The notes beneath the pieces were generated by a model that made no database searches, had not been told where the DNA came from, and was given only the letters and a program-made list of their open reading frames with translations. A stretch of DNA of 64,000 nucleotides. It comes from Macrostomum hystrix (taxonomy: Eukaryota > Animalia > Platyhelminthes). Position 1 is the stretch's first letter, and the number at the start of each line of letters is the position of its first letter. The DNA lies in NCBI GenBank assembly GCA_950097015.1, contig CATNEN010000003.1, positions 13,578,001 to 13,642,000 of the forward strand, in the 5' to 3' direction. Both the position numbers and the translations under genes were made by a program. Positions 51,545 to 62,854 of the stretch are shown piece by piece.

Positions 51545-52040
51545 TCGTCTTGCTGACAAACCCACTAAGATCTTGCTGACAAACCCACAAAGGTCATGCC
51601 GACAAACCCACGAAGATCTTGCTGACAAACCCACAAAGGTCATGCCGACAAACCCACGAAGATCTTGCTGACAAACCTGCGAAGGTCTTGCTGACAAGCC
51701 ACGAAGATCTTGCTGACAAGTCTCGTCTTGCTGACAAACCCAATAAGATGTTGCTGACAAACCCACAAAGGTCATGCCGACAAACCCATGAAAGTCTTGC
51801 TGACAATCCACGAAGATCTTGCTGACAAGTCTCGTCTTGCTGACAAACCCAATAAGATGTTGCTGACAAACTCACAAAAATCATGCCGACAAACCCACGA
51901 AAATCTTGTGGACAAGCCACTAAGATAATTTTGACAAGCTATGAAGGTCTTGCTGACAAGCCTCGTCTTGCTGACAAACCCACAAAGGTCATGTTGACAA
52001 ACCCACGAAATTCTTTTTGACAAGCCTACGAAAATTTTTC
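51545..52040. repeat. Complex repeat built on TCTTGCTGACAAACCC
   Basis: Variable-unit tandem copies. Confidence 0.88.
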
Positions 52041-52218
52041 TGAGAAAATCCACAAAACTCCTACTCCACAGTGATCATCAAATACCATATATATACCTTA
52101 AGGTAGTTTAAAACACTTGCTGACATAACAGATTTCACGAACCTGGATCCCATAATCCTACAGTCAGTTTTGCAAGCGTCAGCAACTTAATATTACTGCC
52201 TGCGTAACTTTTTTGCAG

Positions 52219-52468
52219 ACCCCAAATTATCTGCCGTCCATCAGCGCAGCAGCCGGAGAAACTCATCCGGAGAAACAGATTTGGTCACTATTCCTAACTA
52301 TTAGCTGCGCCCTACGGTTTATCCTAGCCCTTGGCTACTATCAGGAGTTGCAAAAGCGACTCAAGCGACATCAGGAGAGCTGCCTGACTGTTGCCCACTT
52401 AGTTTTGAACTGCCTGGAGCTGCTGGCACTGTTTGGGCTGTCAGTTGTGTCGTCTTCTGATAATTTTC
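52219..52468 (+). CDS. PGAP2: PGAP2, exon 2
   Basis: ttttgcag acceptor; PNYLPSISAA...PEKQIW...RF Frag1 signature; donor C|GTGAGC. Confidence 0.9.
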
Positions 52469-52987
52469 GTGAGCAGACAATAAATTGACTTGAAGATGGA
52501 AAAATTATTTATTATTGTTCTTCCTCCTCTGCTGAATTTTCCTTTCTATCTTACTGTCTCCCCCCCTTGCTGCCCCTTTGAGCTTTCTTTTTCCCACCAC
52601 TTTCTGACCCTTTTATGTCCCCACCACTTCGCCTGTTCTATCCCCACCAATTTCTACCTTTTTAATATTCTACAAATTTCTTCCTCTTTCTATCCCCCAC
52701 CCATTCTATCCCGACAGTTCTACCCATTCTTTCCCACTAATTCTACCCATTCTATCCCTCCAATTCCAGCCATTCTATCCCACAGATTCTACCCTTTCCA
52801 TCTTAACCCCACTTTCTTCCCTTCTATCATAATCTCTTACTATACTTTCTCTCCCCTATCTATTCCTTTCTACCTTTCTGTTGCTCTTTCTTCATTTTAC
52901 TACATTTCTTTCTTTCTCATTTATCGTCTTTGTTTCCTAGATACTTTATGCTTAACTTTCAATCCCCATTTGATAATTTTATTTCAG

Positions 52988-53121
52988 CCATGCATCGAAA
53001 CTGCTTCGCCATCTTTCTAATTTCTTCGTCCGTCTACATGCTCATACATCTGAAAGTGTGCTTCATACTGCGCCAGAGACAGAAAACTAAACTCAATGAG
53101 CGACCGCTTATCTGTGCTCGG
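52988..53121 (+). CDS. PGAP2: PGAP2, exon 3
   Basis: atttcag acceptor; PMHRNCFAIFLISSSVYML; donor CGG|GTGCGT. Confidence 0.85.
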
Positions 53122-53144
53122 GTGCGTGTTGCACTGGGAGAATT

Positions 53145-53580
53145 TGGACAGAGGATTAGGGAGAGTTGGGACAGAGGATTAGGGAGAGTTGCGACAGAGG
53201 ATTAGGGAGAGTTGGGACAGAGGATTAAGGAGAGTTGGGACAGAGGATTAAGGAGAGTTGGGACAGAGGATTAAGGAGAGTTGGGACAGAGGATTAAGGA
53301 GAGTTGGGACAGAGGGTTAGGGAGAGTTGGGACAGAGGGTTAGGGAGAGTTGGGACAGAGGGTTAGAGAGAGTTGGGACAGAGGGTTAGGGAGAGTTGGG
53401 ACAGAGGGTTAGGGAGAGTTGGGACAGAGGGTTAGGGAGAGTTGGGACAGAGGGTTAGGGAGAGTTACGACAGAGGATTAAGGAGAGTTGGGACAGAGGG
53501 ATAGGGAGAGTTGGGACAGAGGGTTAGGGAGAGTTGCGACAGAGGATTAGGGAGAGCCGGGACAGAGGATTAGGGAGACA
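53145..53580. repeat. 23-bp minisatellite GAGAGTTGGGACAGAGGATTAGG
   Basis: Tandem copies. Confidence 0.95.
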
Positions 53581-53985
53581 TGGTACAGGTGATTACAGCG
53601 ACATTAGAGAGGGGATTAGGAAGAGACGGAACAGAAGATCAGGGAGAGATGGGATAGAGAATTGGGTACAGATGGTACAGGATTATGAAGACATAGGACA
53701 GAGGATTATGAGAGGTTGGAAAAAATCATGGAGACGGTACATATAATGGGGAGACATAGGGCAGGGGATTAGGATTAATTATTGGGGTTAAATTTGATTA
53801 TTAGGGATTAATTAGGAACTAGGAATTAAGGACAGATGGGACAGGATTAGGGAGAAACGGGACAGAGGATTTGACTACGATAAGAAAGAATTTTTGGATG
53901 AGAAATTATGGAATAGATATAGAATCTTATGAGAATAGCTGGCTCAGAATCAATATTGAATCCAATTTAATTTACAAATCCGCAG

Positions 53986-54085
53986 TCATTCTACATAAAG
54001 CTGTTCAGCTTTGGAGTCTACTGTTTGAGCACGGCTCTCGCCGTGTACTTTTATATGCGTCACGAGGCGCGGTGCGAACCATTCA
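53986..54085 (+). CDS. PGAP2: PGAP2, exon 4
   Basis: ccgcag acceptor; SFYIKL...AVYFYMRHEARCEPF (family motif YFxRHxxxCE); donor A|GTGGGT. Confidence 0.85.
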
Positions 54086-54171
54086 GTGGGTGCAATTCAT
54101 TGTTTTGTTTTTGTTCAAATATTTAATTCAATTCCTTGTTCAAGAAAAACAATGACTCAAAATTTTCTATT

Positions 54172-54242
54172 GAAGTGGGGATTCGAACCCCCGACGTTCA
54201 AGTCGTGATTCCAATGCTTTAATCACTAGGCCTTAACCCCAC
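54172..54242 (-). mobile_element. SINE family B tRNA-like head only
   Basis: Reverse-complement match to 26285-26355. Confidence 0.65.
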
Positions 54243-54264
54243 CAAATAAACTGTTATTGCCCAC

Positions 54265-54804
54265 TATCTATCTATTTGCAGGGGGGTCCGGGGCACTTGT
54301 CGCACAAGCGACGGAGCGGCACGCCCCCAGACCGGCGAACTAGGCGCTTTTGCGCCCATCGCGCCGCCTCCCCTGAGCAGGCACCACACACAGCAGCAGT
54401 GTCCCCCACCCCAGCCCCACACGCACAGAGCAGACCCAAGCCGGGGCGGAAGGCTGATAAGAAATCAGTCCTCAGGGGGGCGGGTGATGAGTGTACACTT
54501 ATCCAATCGCGCTGACGGAAGTCCAGAAAGCCGGTGTACACCCGCCCTCCAGCCACCCCCCACAAGGCCTCACGCCCCAGCGCCAACGCACACAACTCAC
54601 ACAACGCAGAACAGGCACACAGAATGATAGGAGCGAAGCAATTATTTCAAGCTTTGATTGCACGAAATATGGTGCACCTCCGCCGGTCGCTACTGTCCAA
54701 ACCCTCCAACAAATCCCGAAATTAATCGTGACTTGAAGGGTGAATCGAACTAGCGTCCTTTGGAGTGCGAGGCAGCGACGTTAGCCGCTGACCCACTCGC
54801 CCCC
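54265..54804 (-). mobile_element. SINE family C, full length, in PGAP2 intron 4
   Basis: Near-identical to 45336-45894; 10-bp TSD TATTGCCCAC. Confidence 0.92.
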
Positions 54805-54864
54805 TATTGCCCACAGATCCAGTAACTAATTTAGATGATTACTTTCTGTTTCCCATTGTCGCAG

Positions 54865-55034
54865 TGTACACCTATTTCGCCGCAGCGGAGTATGTTGTAG
54901 TCTACATGAACATCCTGTTCCATTCGACATCCTATTTGGATTTGGGCCACTTAACAGTCGGCCTGGTGATAACCCGATGTTCCTCAGACTGGGTACCAAC
55001 TGACGATCTCGACGGATTCGATAATTTTAAGTGA
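54865..55034 (+). CDS. PGAP2: PGAP2, exon 5 (last)
   Basis: gtcgcag acceptor; YTYFAAAEYVVVYMNILFHSTSYLD family motif; TGA. Confidence 0.9.
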
Positions 55035-55679
55035 GGAGCGAATTTTGTGTTAATTTATAATTTTCATTCTACTTACTAACATTTCTACTGTAAGTAGATA
55101 GTTTCGATATATTTTATTTTTAGTTTTTTTCAATCTAAAAATTTTAACTTTCGTTCGGTAAAAACTCTTAGAGCTGATACAATCACAAATAATTGTTTCC
55201 TAAGTTTGTTACTTCCTTAATTTCATTTCATTTCAGTAATAAGTACTTTTAATAGTAAAATTATAGCAATAATAATTGCGATTGATTATGATTGCAATAA
55301 GGTAAGTAAGTCTTTAAACTAGTCTTTGTTTTAATTCTCTACAAACTAGTAAATTTCTTTCTAATGTCTTGCTTCTTCATAAAATATCTTCTTAAAAAAC
55401 TTGAGCATCATGTCTGTGGCTTAAGTTTCATTTACTAGAGCAGAGTACAAAAAAGTTGACTCTTTCTTGTGAAATAAACAAAGAAAATACATTTTCTGTC
55501 TTGCACAACTTTTTCCGACATTTTATCGCACTTTTATTGTGTTTCTTGACTATCGCTTCTGACATTCAAGACTTTGACAGTCAAGTTGTGTAGCCTTGCC
55601 TGAAATAACCAATATAATGTGATAATGGGACTTAATAGAGGTTAGTGGGATAATTGGACTTAATAGGGGATAGATAGGT

Positions 55680-57098
55680 AATGAGACATGATAGGGAACA
55701 GTGGGATAATGAGACATGATAGGGAACAGTGGGATAATGAGATATGATAGGGAACAGTGGGATAATGAGAAATGGTAGGGGATAGTGGGATAATGAGACA
55801 TGATAGGGAACAGTGGGATAATGAGACATGATAGAGAATAGTGGGATAATGAGAAATGGTAGGGGATAGTGGGATAATGAGACATGATAGGGAATAGTGG
55901 GATAATGAGACATGATAGGGAACAGTGGGATAATGAGACATGATAGGGAACAGTGGGATAATGAGAAATGGTAGGGGATAGTGGGATAATGAGACATGAT
56001 AGGGAACAGTGGGATAATGAGAAATGATAGGGAACAGTGGGATAATGAGACATGATAGGGAACAGTGGGATAATGAGAAATGGTAGGGGATAGTGGGATA
56101 ATGAGACATGATAGGGAACAGTGGGATAATGAGAAATGGTAGAGAATAGTGGGATAATGAGACATGATAGGGAACAGTGGGATAATGAGAAATGGTAGGG
56201 GATAGTGGGATAATGAGAAATGGTAGAGAATAGTGGGATAATGAGACATGATAGGGAACAGTGGGATAATGAGACATGATAGGGAACAGTGGGATAATGA
56301 GAATCGGTAGGGGATAGTGGGATAATGAGACATGATAGGGAACAGTGGGATAATGAGAAATGGTAGGGGATAGTGGGATAATGAGACATGATAGGGAACA
56401 GTGGGATAATGAGAAATGGTAGAGAATAGTGGGATAATGAGACATGATAGGGAACAGTGGGATAATGAGACATGATAGGGAACAGTGGGATAATGAGAAT
56501 CGGTAGGGGATACTGGGATAATGAGACATGATAGGGAACAGTGGGATAATGAGAAATGGTAGGGGATAGTGGGATAATGAGACATGATAGGGAATAGTGG
56601 GATAATGAGACATGATAGGGAACAGTGGGATAATGAGACATGATAGGGAACAGTGGGATAATGAGACATGATAGGGAACAGTGGGATAATGAGACATGAT
56701 AGGGAACAGTGGGATAATGAGAAATGGTAGGGGATAGTGGGATAATGAGACATGATAGGGAATAGTGGGATAATGAGAAATGGTAGGGGATAGTGGGATA
56801 ATGAGACATGATAGGGAATAGTGGGATAATGAGAAATGGTAGAGAATAGTGGGATAATGAGACATGATAGGGAACAGTGGGATAATGAGACATGATAGGG
56901 AATAGTGGGATAATGAGACATGATAGAGAATAGTGGGATAATGAGAAATGGTAGGGGATAGTGGGATAATGAGACATGTTAGTGGGATAATGAGACATGA
57001 TAGTGGGATAATGAGACATGTTAGTGGGATAATGAGACATGATAGGGTGATAATGAGACATGTTAGTGGGATAATGAGACATGATAGTGGGATAATGA
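55680..57098. repeat. 28-bp minisatellite GTGGGATAATGAGACATGATAGGGAACA
   Basis: About 50 copies. Confidence 0.97.
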
Positions 57099-57662
57099 AA
57101 CGTGATTGAGGATTACTATACAGGATTACAAAGCATTGTCGCGATGTTATGAAACAAACTTAAAATTATATAATTAATGTACTAAAGACACTAAAATTGA
57201 TTCGTCGCTTTTCTCTTCCACTAAATTTCAGATCCTGGCGTCCAATAGTTACTCAGTTGGCCTAAATTATATATTTTATTGTAATTTTTTAACGCATTCA
57301 CGCCTATTTCGCATTCTGTCTACTTCGAGTAGAGCGATGAAAATATCTTCGTCCATATATGTTTCTTTTCAAATAAAGTGCAGAATATTTTCGCACTCAA
57401 GAATGAACGGTCAGTCCTTGCTTAGCAATAAAATTCTTATTTTCTCATGCGACCTACTAATAAAATTACAAATAGGTAATTTTTATCCTTCTATGTTTCA
57501 CTAGCTTTATTCGTTTGTTTGTCAGTTATTAGATTTTTGATGAAATTATGGCTCAAATTGTACTTTTACTTGAATGATAGAAAATATAATATAACAAAAA
57601 CTTTACACTGCACTAAAGTGTCACAAATTTTTTCATTTTGATTTAGCAATTAGCTTTTTCTT

Positions 57663-57843
57663 GCAATTCTACCCATTTCGCTGACTCCTGTCACACACGC
57701 ACACAGATACTGTACGCAGGCGTAAATTACACGACAAGCCCCCAAAGCCTTCTCTCCAAATGAATGTGGCCTCGCCGTGGAATCGAACTTAATGACCTTG
57801 GTGCGAGAGGCAAACGCGTTAACCGCTCTGCCACTAAACCCCT
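57663..57843 (-). mobile_element. SINE family A, internally deleted copy
   Basis: Reverse-complement match to head and 3' part of 26700-26985. Confidence 0.8.
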
Positions 57844-57876
57844 TTGATTTCTGTTTAGATTTCTTGGCAATCGTTA

Positions 57877-58295
57877 CCCGCTAAGAAATAGGCATGTTTC
57901 TTTGGGTGATTCCAGTTGGAATCTGCGGTGTTTCCAGAAAAAGAAACAGCCGAACGCTGGAAACATACCAGTCGGATGATTCCATGCTTAGAATCCACCC
58001 AACTGGGCGTTTTCTCGGTGCTTCTTGGTGGCGAAATGGAATCACCCAAAGAATCCTCCAGTTCGGAAGATTCCATGCTCAGAAACCGCCGAGGAATCGC
58101 CCGTAAATAATTCTCTGGTTGTCCCATGGGCCACTGGCTCGGGTGATTCTTCAGCGGTTTCCGCATAATTTACGGGTACATCGGCTGCTTCCTGGGTGGT
58201 TTCTTTAACTCTTGCGAGATAGGGGGGATTTCGGTAGATTCCACTCCTACTTTGCACAAAAACCCGCCGAAGAAGCAGCCGAATTTTTTACAGGG
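57877..58295. mobile_element. Fold-back non-autonomous DNA element, CMC/EnSpm-like
   Basis: TA-CCC...GGG-TA ends, right end reads CCCTGTAAAAAA on - strand, several long internal inverted repeats. Confidence 0.5.
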
Positions 58296-58386
58296 TAATG
58301 TCAATCGAAAATTTCAGCACAGCTTTTCAATTCCAAGTTAATATCCTAAGCAAAATAATAAGTCAGGCCGAATACAAACAAACAAA

Positions 58387-59076
58387 ATGATTGGCTCGTC
58401 TGGCTACACCGAACAAAACGTGTTCTTATTTGTGCCGAACCTGATTGGCTATGCTAGAATCCTTCTAGCCATCCTAGCCTGTTACTATATGCCATTCGAT
58501 CACGTTCGTGCTACCTGGGCGTACCTGCTGTCAGCCCTATTGGACGCATTCGATGGACACGCTGCTAGGCTTTTGAATCAGTCTACTAAATTTGGCGCAA
58601 TGCTTGATATGCTAACAGACAGGTGTGCCACCACCTGCCTACTGTTTGTTCTGGCCCAGTTCTATCCTAAATATACTCTGGTGTTTCAATTAAGCGCCGC
58701 ATTGGATATTGCTAGCCACTGGTTGCACCTGCATTCGTCTATTGTGCGCGGCGCTCAAAGTCACAAAGCTGTGGACCTGAGTTCGAATCCCATTCTGTAC
58801 TATTACTACAACAGTCGCACGGTTCTGTTCTGCATGTGCGCCGGAAATGAATTGTTCTATGCCTCTCTCTACCTGTTGCACTTTACTAGCGGCCCTAGTA
58901 TCTTGGGCATCGGTTGCGTTACCCTACTGGCCGGCCTTATGTTTCCCGTGGCCGCTGTTAAAAGCGCTATTAGCGCCGTTCACCTGTACGTGGCCAGTGT
59001 TAACATGGCAGCTCTAGACACCAGAGATCGGGCCGAAGCTGCTGCTGCTGCTGCTAACTCCGAGAAGAAGGAATAA
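58387..59076 (+). CDS. CDIPT: CDP-diacylglycerol--inositol 3-phosphatidyltransferase (PI synthase), intronless
   Basis: NVFLFVPNLIGYARI start and CDP-alcohol phosphotransferase motif DAFDGHAAR...GAMLDMLTDR; DIASHW, CAGNELFY. Confidence 0.97.
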   Translation: MIGSSGYTEQNVFLFVPNLIGYARILLAILACYYMPFDHVRATWAYLLSALLDAFDGHAARLLNQSTKFGAMLDMLTDRCATTCLLFVLAQFYPKYTLVFQLSAALDIASHWLHLHSSIVRGAQSHKAVDLSSNPILYYYYNSRTVLFCMCAGNELFYASLYLLHFTSGPSILGIGCVTLLAGLMFPVAAVKSAISAVHLYVASVNMAALDTRDRAEAAAAAANSEKKE

Positions 59077-59168
59077 TAAATTTTAAGGAGAACTAAATTA
59101 CTGGATTTGGGTATTTTTTATGGATAGTTTATGGCTTGTGGGTTTTTTTCGAAATTAAAGATATCGTT

Positions 59169-59540
59169 GCGGATTCGAACTCGCGACTATTGATGCTTCA
59201 CTTTTACCCCTGATTCATGAATCTAGCAAAGGTTTTTTAATAATGATTTTTCGCGGATTCGAACTCGCGGCCTTTCAGTTACAAGTCTAACTCGCTACCG
59301 CTAGGCCACTATTACCCCGGGACGGAGTGACTGTTAAAGTATTATTCATAATAGTTTATTTGCGGATTCGAACTCGGGACCATTGATGCGCGAGTCGAAC
59401 GCATTACCGCTAGGCCACTTTCACCATTGACTAAAGCGTCTGGCGAAGTATTTTTTTATATTGATTTTCGCGGATTCGAACTCGCGACCCTTGAATTAGA
59501 AGTCTAACGCGCTACCGCTTGGCCACTTTTACCCCCGGGT
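59169..59540 (-). repeat. Tandem array of four tRNA-like heads (~108-bp period)
   Basis: B box GAGTTCGAATCC four times; A box TGGCC(T/A)AGCGG in three; no acceptor stem. Confidence 0.75.
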
Positions 59541-60754
59541 CGATCTAGCTGTTAATGTCTTATTAGTTAGTCAATTGTTGTTTTAGTCAAAGTGTTTTAG
59601 TCATCGGCTAGAAATATGTTGATTAGATGTGTTTTCTAGCCATAGTCTTATCGTGTAGTCGGGTTTTTGTCCTTATCTCCGTGACCTACATTCATCTAGT
59701 ATTTTATAGTTAATTCATCACAAAAGCGAACAACTTTTGATCGGTACCTAATTAATTAGCAATTTCGTTTTTTATATAAGCGCTAATTTTAGTCAGATAT
59801 TTTTTCAATTATATTAGTCAGCGAATTAGTCAGTGTTACTATATTATTCTAAACGCGTTTATATAATCACTATGTGATAGTAACCTATCTATTTAAATAG
59901 TTTTTTGGCCTTTTTTTAAAGATAATGCTTGCTCGAAATTTGCTGGCTTTGTTTTTTGACAGTCTAATAAATGTTGCGCACCCATGCAATGGAAGGTGAA
60001 GTTCATGTTAGTTGCTATCTTCCATTTTTCTATTTTCTTTTTTACGGCGTGTTTATCCAAGTAGATTACTAGGACAGTGTTGCTGTGGGACTATCTGAGA
60101 ACAGGATCGACCAGAATATGTGTTAGGTTTTATAGTCTTAAAGAGTTATTCTACTATTCCTTAAACCACATGCCTTTTGTCTAGTTGAGAATACCATGCT
60201 TACAGAAAATGGGTACACTATAGATTGATAATTGCCCTTAGCAACCCCGCAGCAACACTGTCATTGTGTGCACTCACTATATTATAAATTGCTTCTACGC
60301 TCGATATTTAAACTACGTTTATTTTCCAATTATCCAGAACACTATTACTCTTGCGATCGTATCTTCTATTTTATGTTTTGTTTTATTAGTTTTATTACTC
60401 AAGTTTTTTTAGTTTACAAGAAATCACTATTTTCTAGCTTTGCTTTCCTATTGATTATCATCGAATGAGTATTCTACTCGGGTACTTATTAGTTTCATTC
60501 CGTTGCTAACTGTAGAACATTTGTTTTGTTTTAGCATACAGACACACAGATGTGAGTTGCGTTACGACACTTCGTTATTTATTCGTAATATTTTTGCTTA
60601 GCCGTATACACATGCACCAGACTGTATTTTCAAAGCGAACTTGTTTTGTTTCGCATTAGTTTAATTCAATTCTGGCTTTAGATGGATAAAAAATAGGAAC
60701 GCTTGGTTTCATTGGACTGGAAGTTAAAAAATTCTGATTGTTAGAAATTTGATA

Positions 60755-61045
60755 TATCGTTCTGATTGGTTGGCAAGGAAAGCATGGCTCTTATTGGCTG
60801 CCAACGGAAGTTTTATTCTTATTGGCTGAAAGGGAAAGTAAGGACAGCTCTTATTGGCTGCCAACGGAAGCTGAATTCTTTTTGGCTGACGAGGGAAGGT
60901 GAATTCTTATTGGCTGAAATGGCAAAGTAAGGACAGTTCTTATTGGCTGAAAGGCAAAGTAAGGACAGTTCTTATTGGCTGAATGGCAAAGTAAGGACAG
61001 TTCTTATTGGCTGAAAAATGAAGTGATTACAGTATCTCACAGTTC
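60755..61045. repeat. 28-33-bp tandem repeat carrying a CCAAT box per unit
   Basis: TCTTATTGGCTG-type motif recurring ten times. Confidence 0.8.
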
Positions 61046-62052
61046 CTCATTTCTCATTGGCTGAATTGAATTTAATAAGAAAATATTGTGTTAGACAGCG
61101 TTTTTTGCACTTAGCATTGTCAATGTCGTTTGTCAAAACCACCGGACCAAATTGTTTGTTTTTTCTTTAAAGAGTTCTTACGTATAAAAATAAAACTATA
61201 ACAAAAAATCACTATTGTGGCAACTTCGCATAGCTTCACTACACTGAAAAGAACAAACAAAACAATAGTCTGGAAGGCTTGCAATTTTTTAGATCGAAGT
61301 TGAAAACTCAGACGGATTGTTGGCTATTGATTTAGGTGCTCAAAAATATATTTATCATGCTTTAGAATGGTGTTGAAAAATTTGTCTACTATTGATATAA
61401 AAACTGATGGAAAAATATGCAAGTACAGAGTCTGGAGTTTGTCTGGATAAAGTACAGAAAATCTTAAATTATTGGTTTTGTATGTGCGAAGAAAAGATTT
61501 AATATGGGCAAACCGTTAACCGTAAGTGTTTTTTACTCGTTTAGAAGCTGAAGTGAAAAAATAACAAATCGCGCTTTTTAGCAGCAGAAAAGAACAAAAG
61601 ACGAAAAAAATCGACAACGAGGGAATTTTTTTATTTATGAACGAATAAATGTGTACGAAATGAAATCGAAATAAAACACGAATTAAATAGCTGGAAAAAC
61701 AATGGGATTTATTTACTACTAGAATATAGAGCATATAGAAGGTATACGTAGGATTTTATTTATTTTTTCTACAACTTTTAACGAATATTAGCAATTAGCA
61801 ATTAGCAAATTTTCGATTACGCCAATTGAATTACCGGTTCTGAATAAAATAACCACATCGATTTCACTTTTGCATTTTATAATTGGATTAGAAACAAAAT
61901 TAGGCGAGTAAGAATAAAAGTTCAACAATTTGTTTTTGCCGGATTGTTAGTTTGTCTTCTTTTCAAGTCCGATAGAAACAGCAACAAAAAACTCTCGGAA
62001 ATATGACGAATACAAAGGTTGAGTTCAGTTAGGGTTTTATTTCTTTTGCTTA

Positions 62053-62724
62053 TTAACGCGGCGGCTGCTGAGGATAGCCCGGATAGCCGGGATAACCGCC
62101 GGCCGGACCCGGATAAGTCGGATAAGGATTATGAACGGCGCCCGGATAGCTCGGATAAGACGGATAGGCCTGATAGGCCATGGGTGGCAGCGGAGGCTGC
62201 TGATAGCCGCCCTGATAGGCCGGATAAGCCGGTGGCGGGTAAGCACCAACGCCAGAATATGGCGGGTACATAGGATAGGCTGGTGGTTGCTGTGGTTGCT
62301 GCTGCTGCTGCTGCTGCTGGTACTGCTGGTGCTGCGGCGCGTTGTATACTGGAGGATTTGGCGGCGGCGGACGCGGAGGCGGCTGCTGCTGCTGCTGCTC
62401 CTGCTGGCCAGTGCCAGCTGTTGTGGCGTGAAACGCTGGCGCAGACGGCGCTGGTTGGGCCGATGGCTGCCTAGCAATGGCCGACTGCAGATCCCGCATC
62501 AGTTCTTCTTTTTCCGTCTTACGAGCGAAACAGAAATCGCTAACTCGAGACTGATGCTTCAACAGCACCTCGGTTAGATCCGAATAGAACTTGCGACCTT
62601 CGTTAAGGTTGCCCAGAACCTCGGCGAATGCGTCGTAGGCTTTGCCTAGTTTGGTTAGCCAGGCCTGGCGACTGCCGGCTGTGCCCTGGGCACCGCCACT
62701 CCACTCCGTGTTCTTGGATTGCAC
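62053..62724 (-). CDS. PDCD6IP: ALIX / programmed cell death 6-interacting protein, last exon (end of V domain plus proline-rich domain)
   Basis: Acceptor tacag|GTG; EGRKFYSDLTEVL...FARKTEKEEL; PSAP motif; PYPTYPG/GYPGYPGY tail. Confidence 0.92.
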   Translation of the reverse strand: MQSKNTEWSGGAQGTAGSRQAWLTKLGKAYDAFAEVLGNLNEGRKFYSDLTEVLLKHQSRVSDFCFARKTEKEELMRDLQSAIARQPSAQPAPSAPAFHATTAGTGQQEQQQQQPPPRPPPPNPPVYNAPQHQQYQQQQQQQQPQQPPAYPMYPPYSGVGAYPPPAYPAYQGGYQQPPLPPMAYQAYPSYPSYPGAVHNPYPTYPGPAGGYPGYPGYPQQPPR

Positions 62725-62854
62725 CTGTACAGTTGGTAGATTGCGGATAATTGCTGGACTGGTGTGTCTGCGGACGTCTTTATTTGTCTGTGGGTGTCTT
62801 TCTAGTCTGCCTTTTGTTATCTCTCTGTATCTGTACGTACATGCAAACTCTGTA

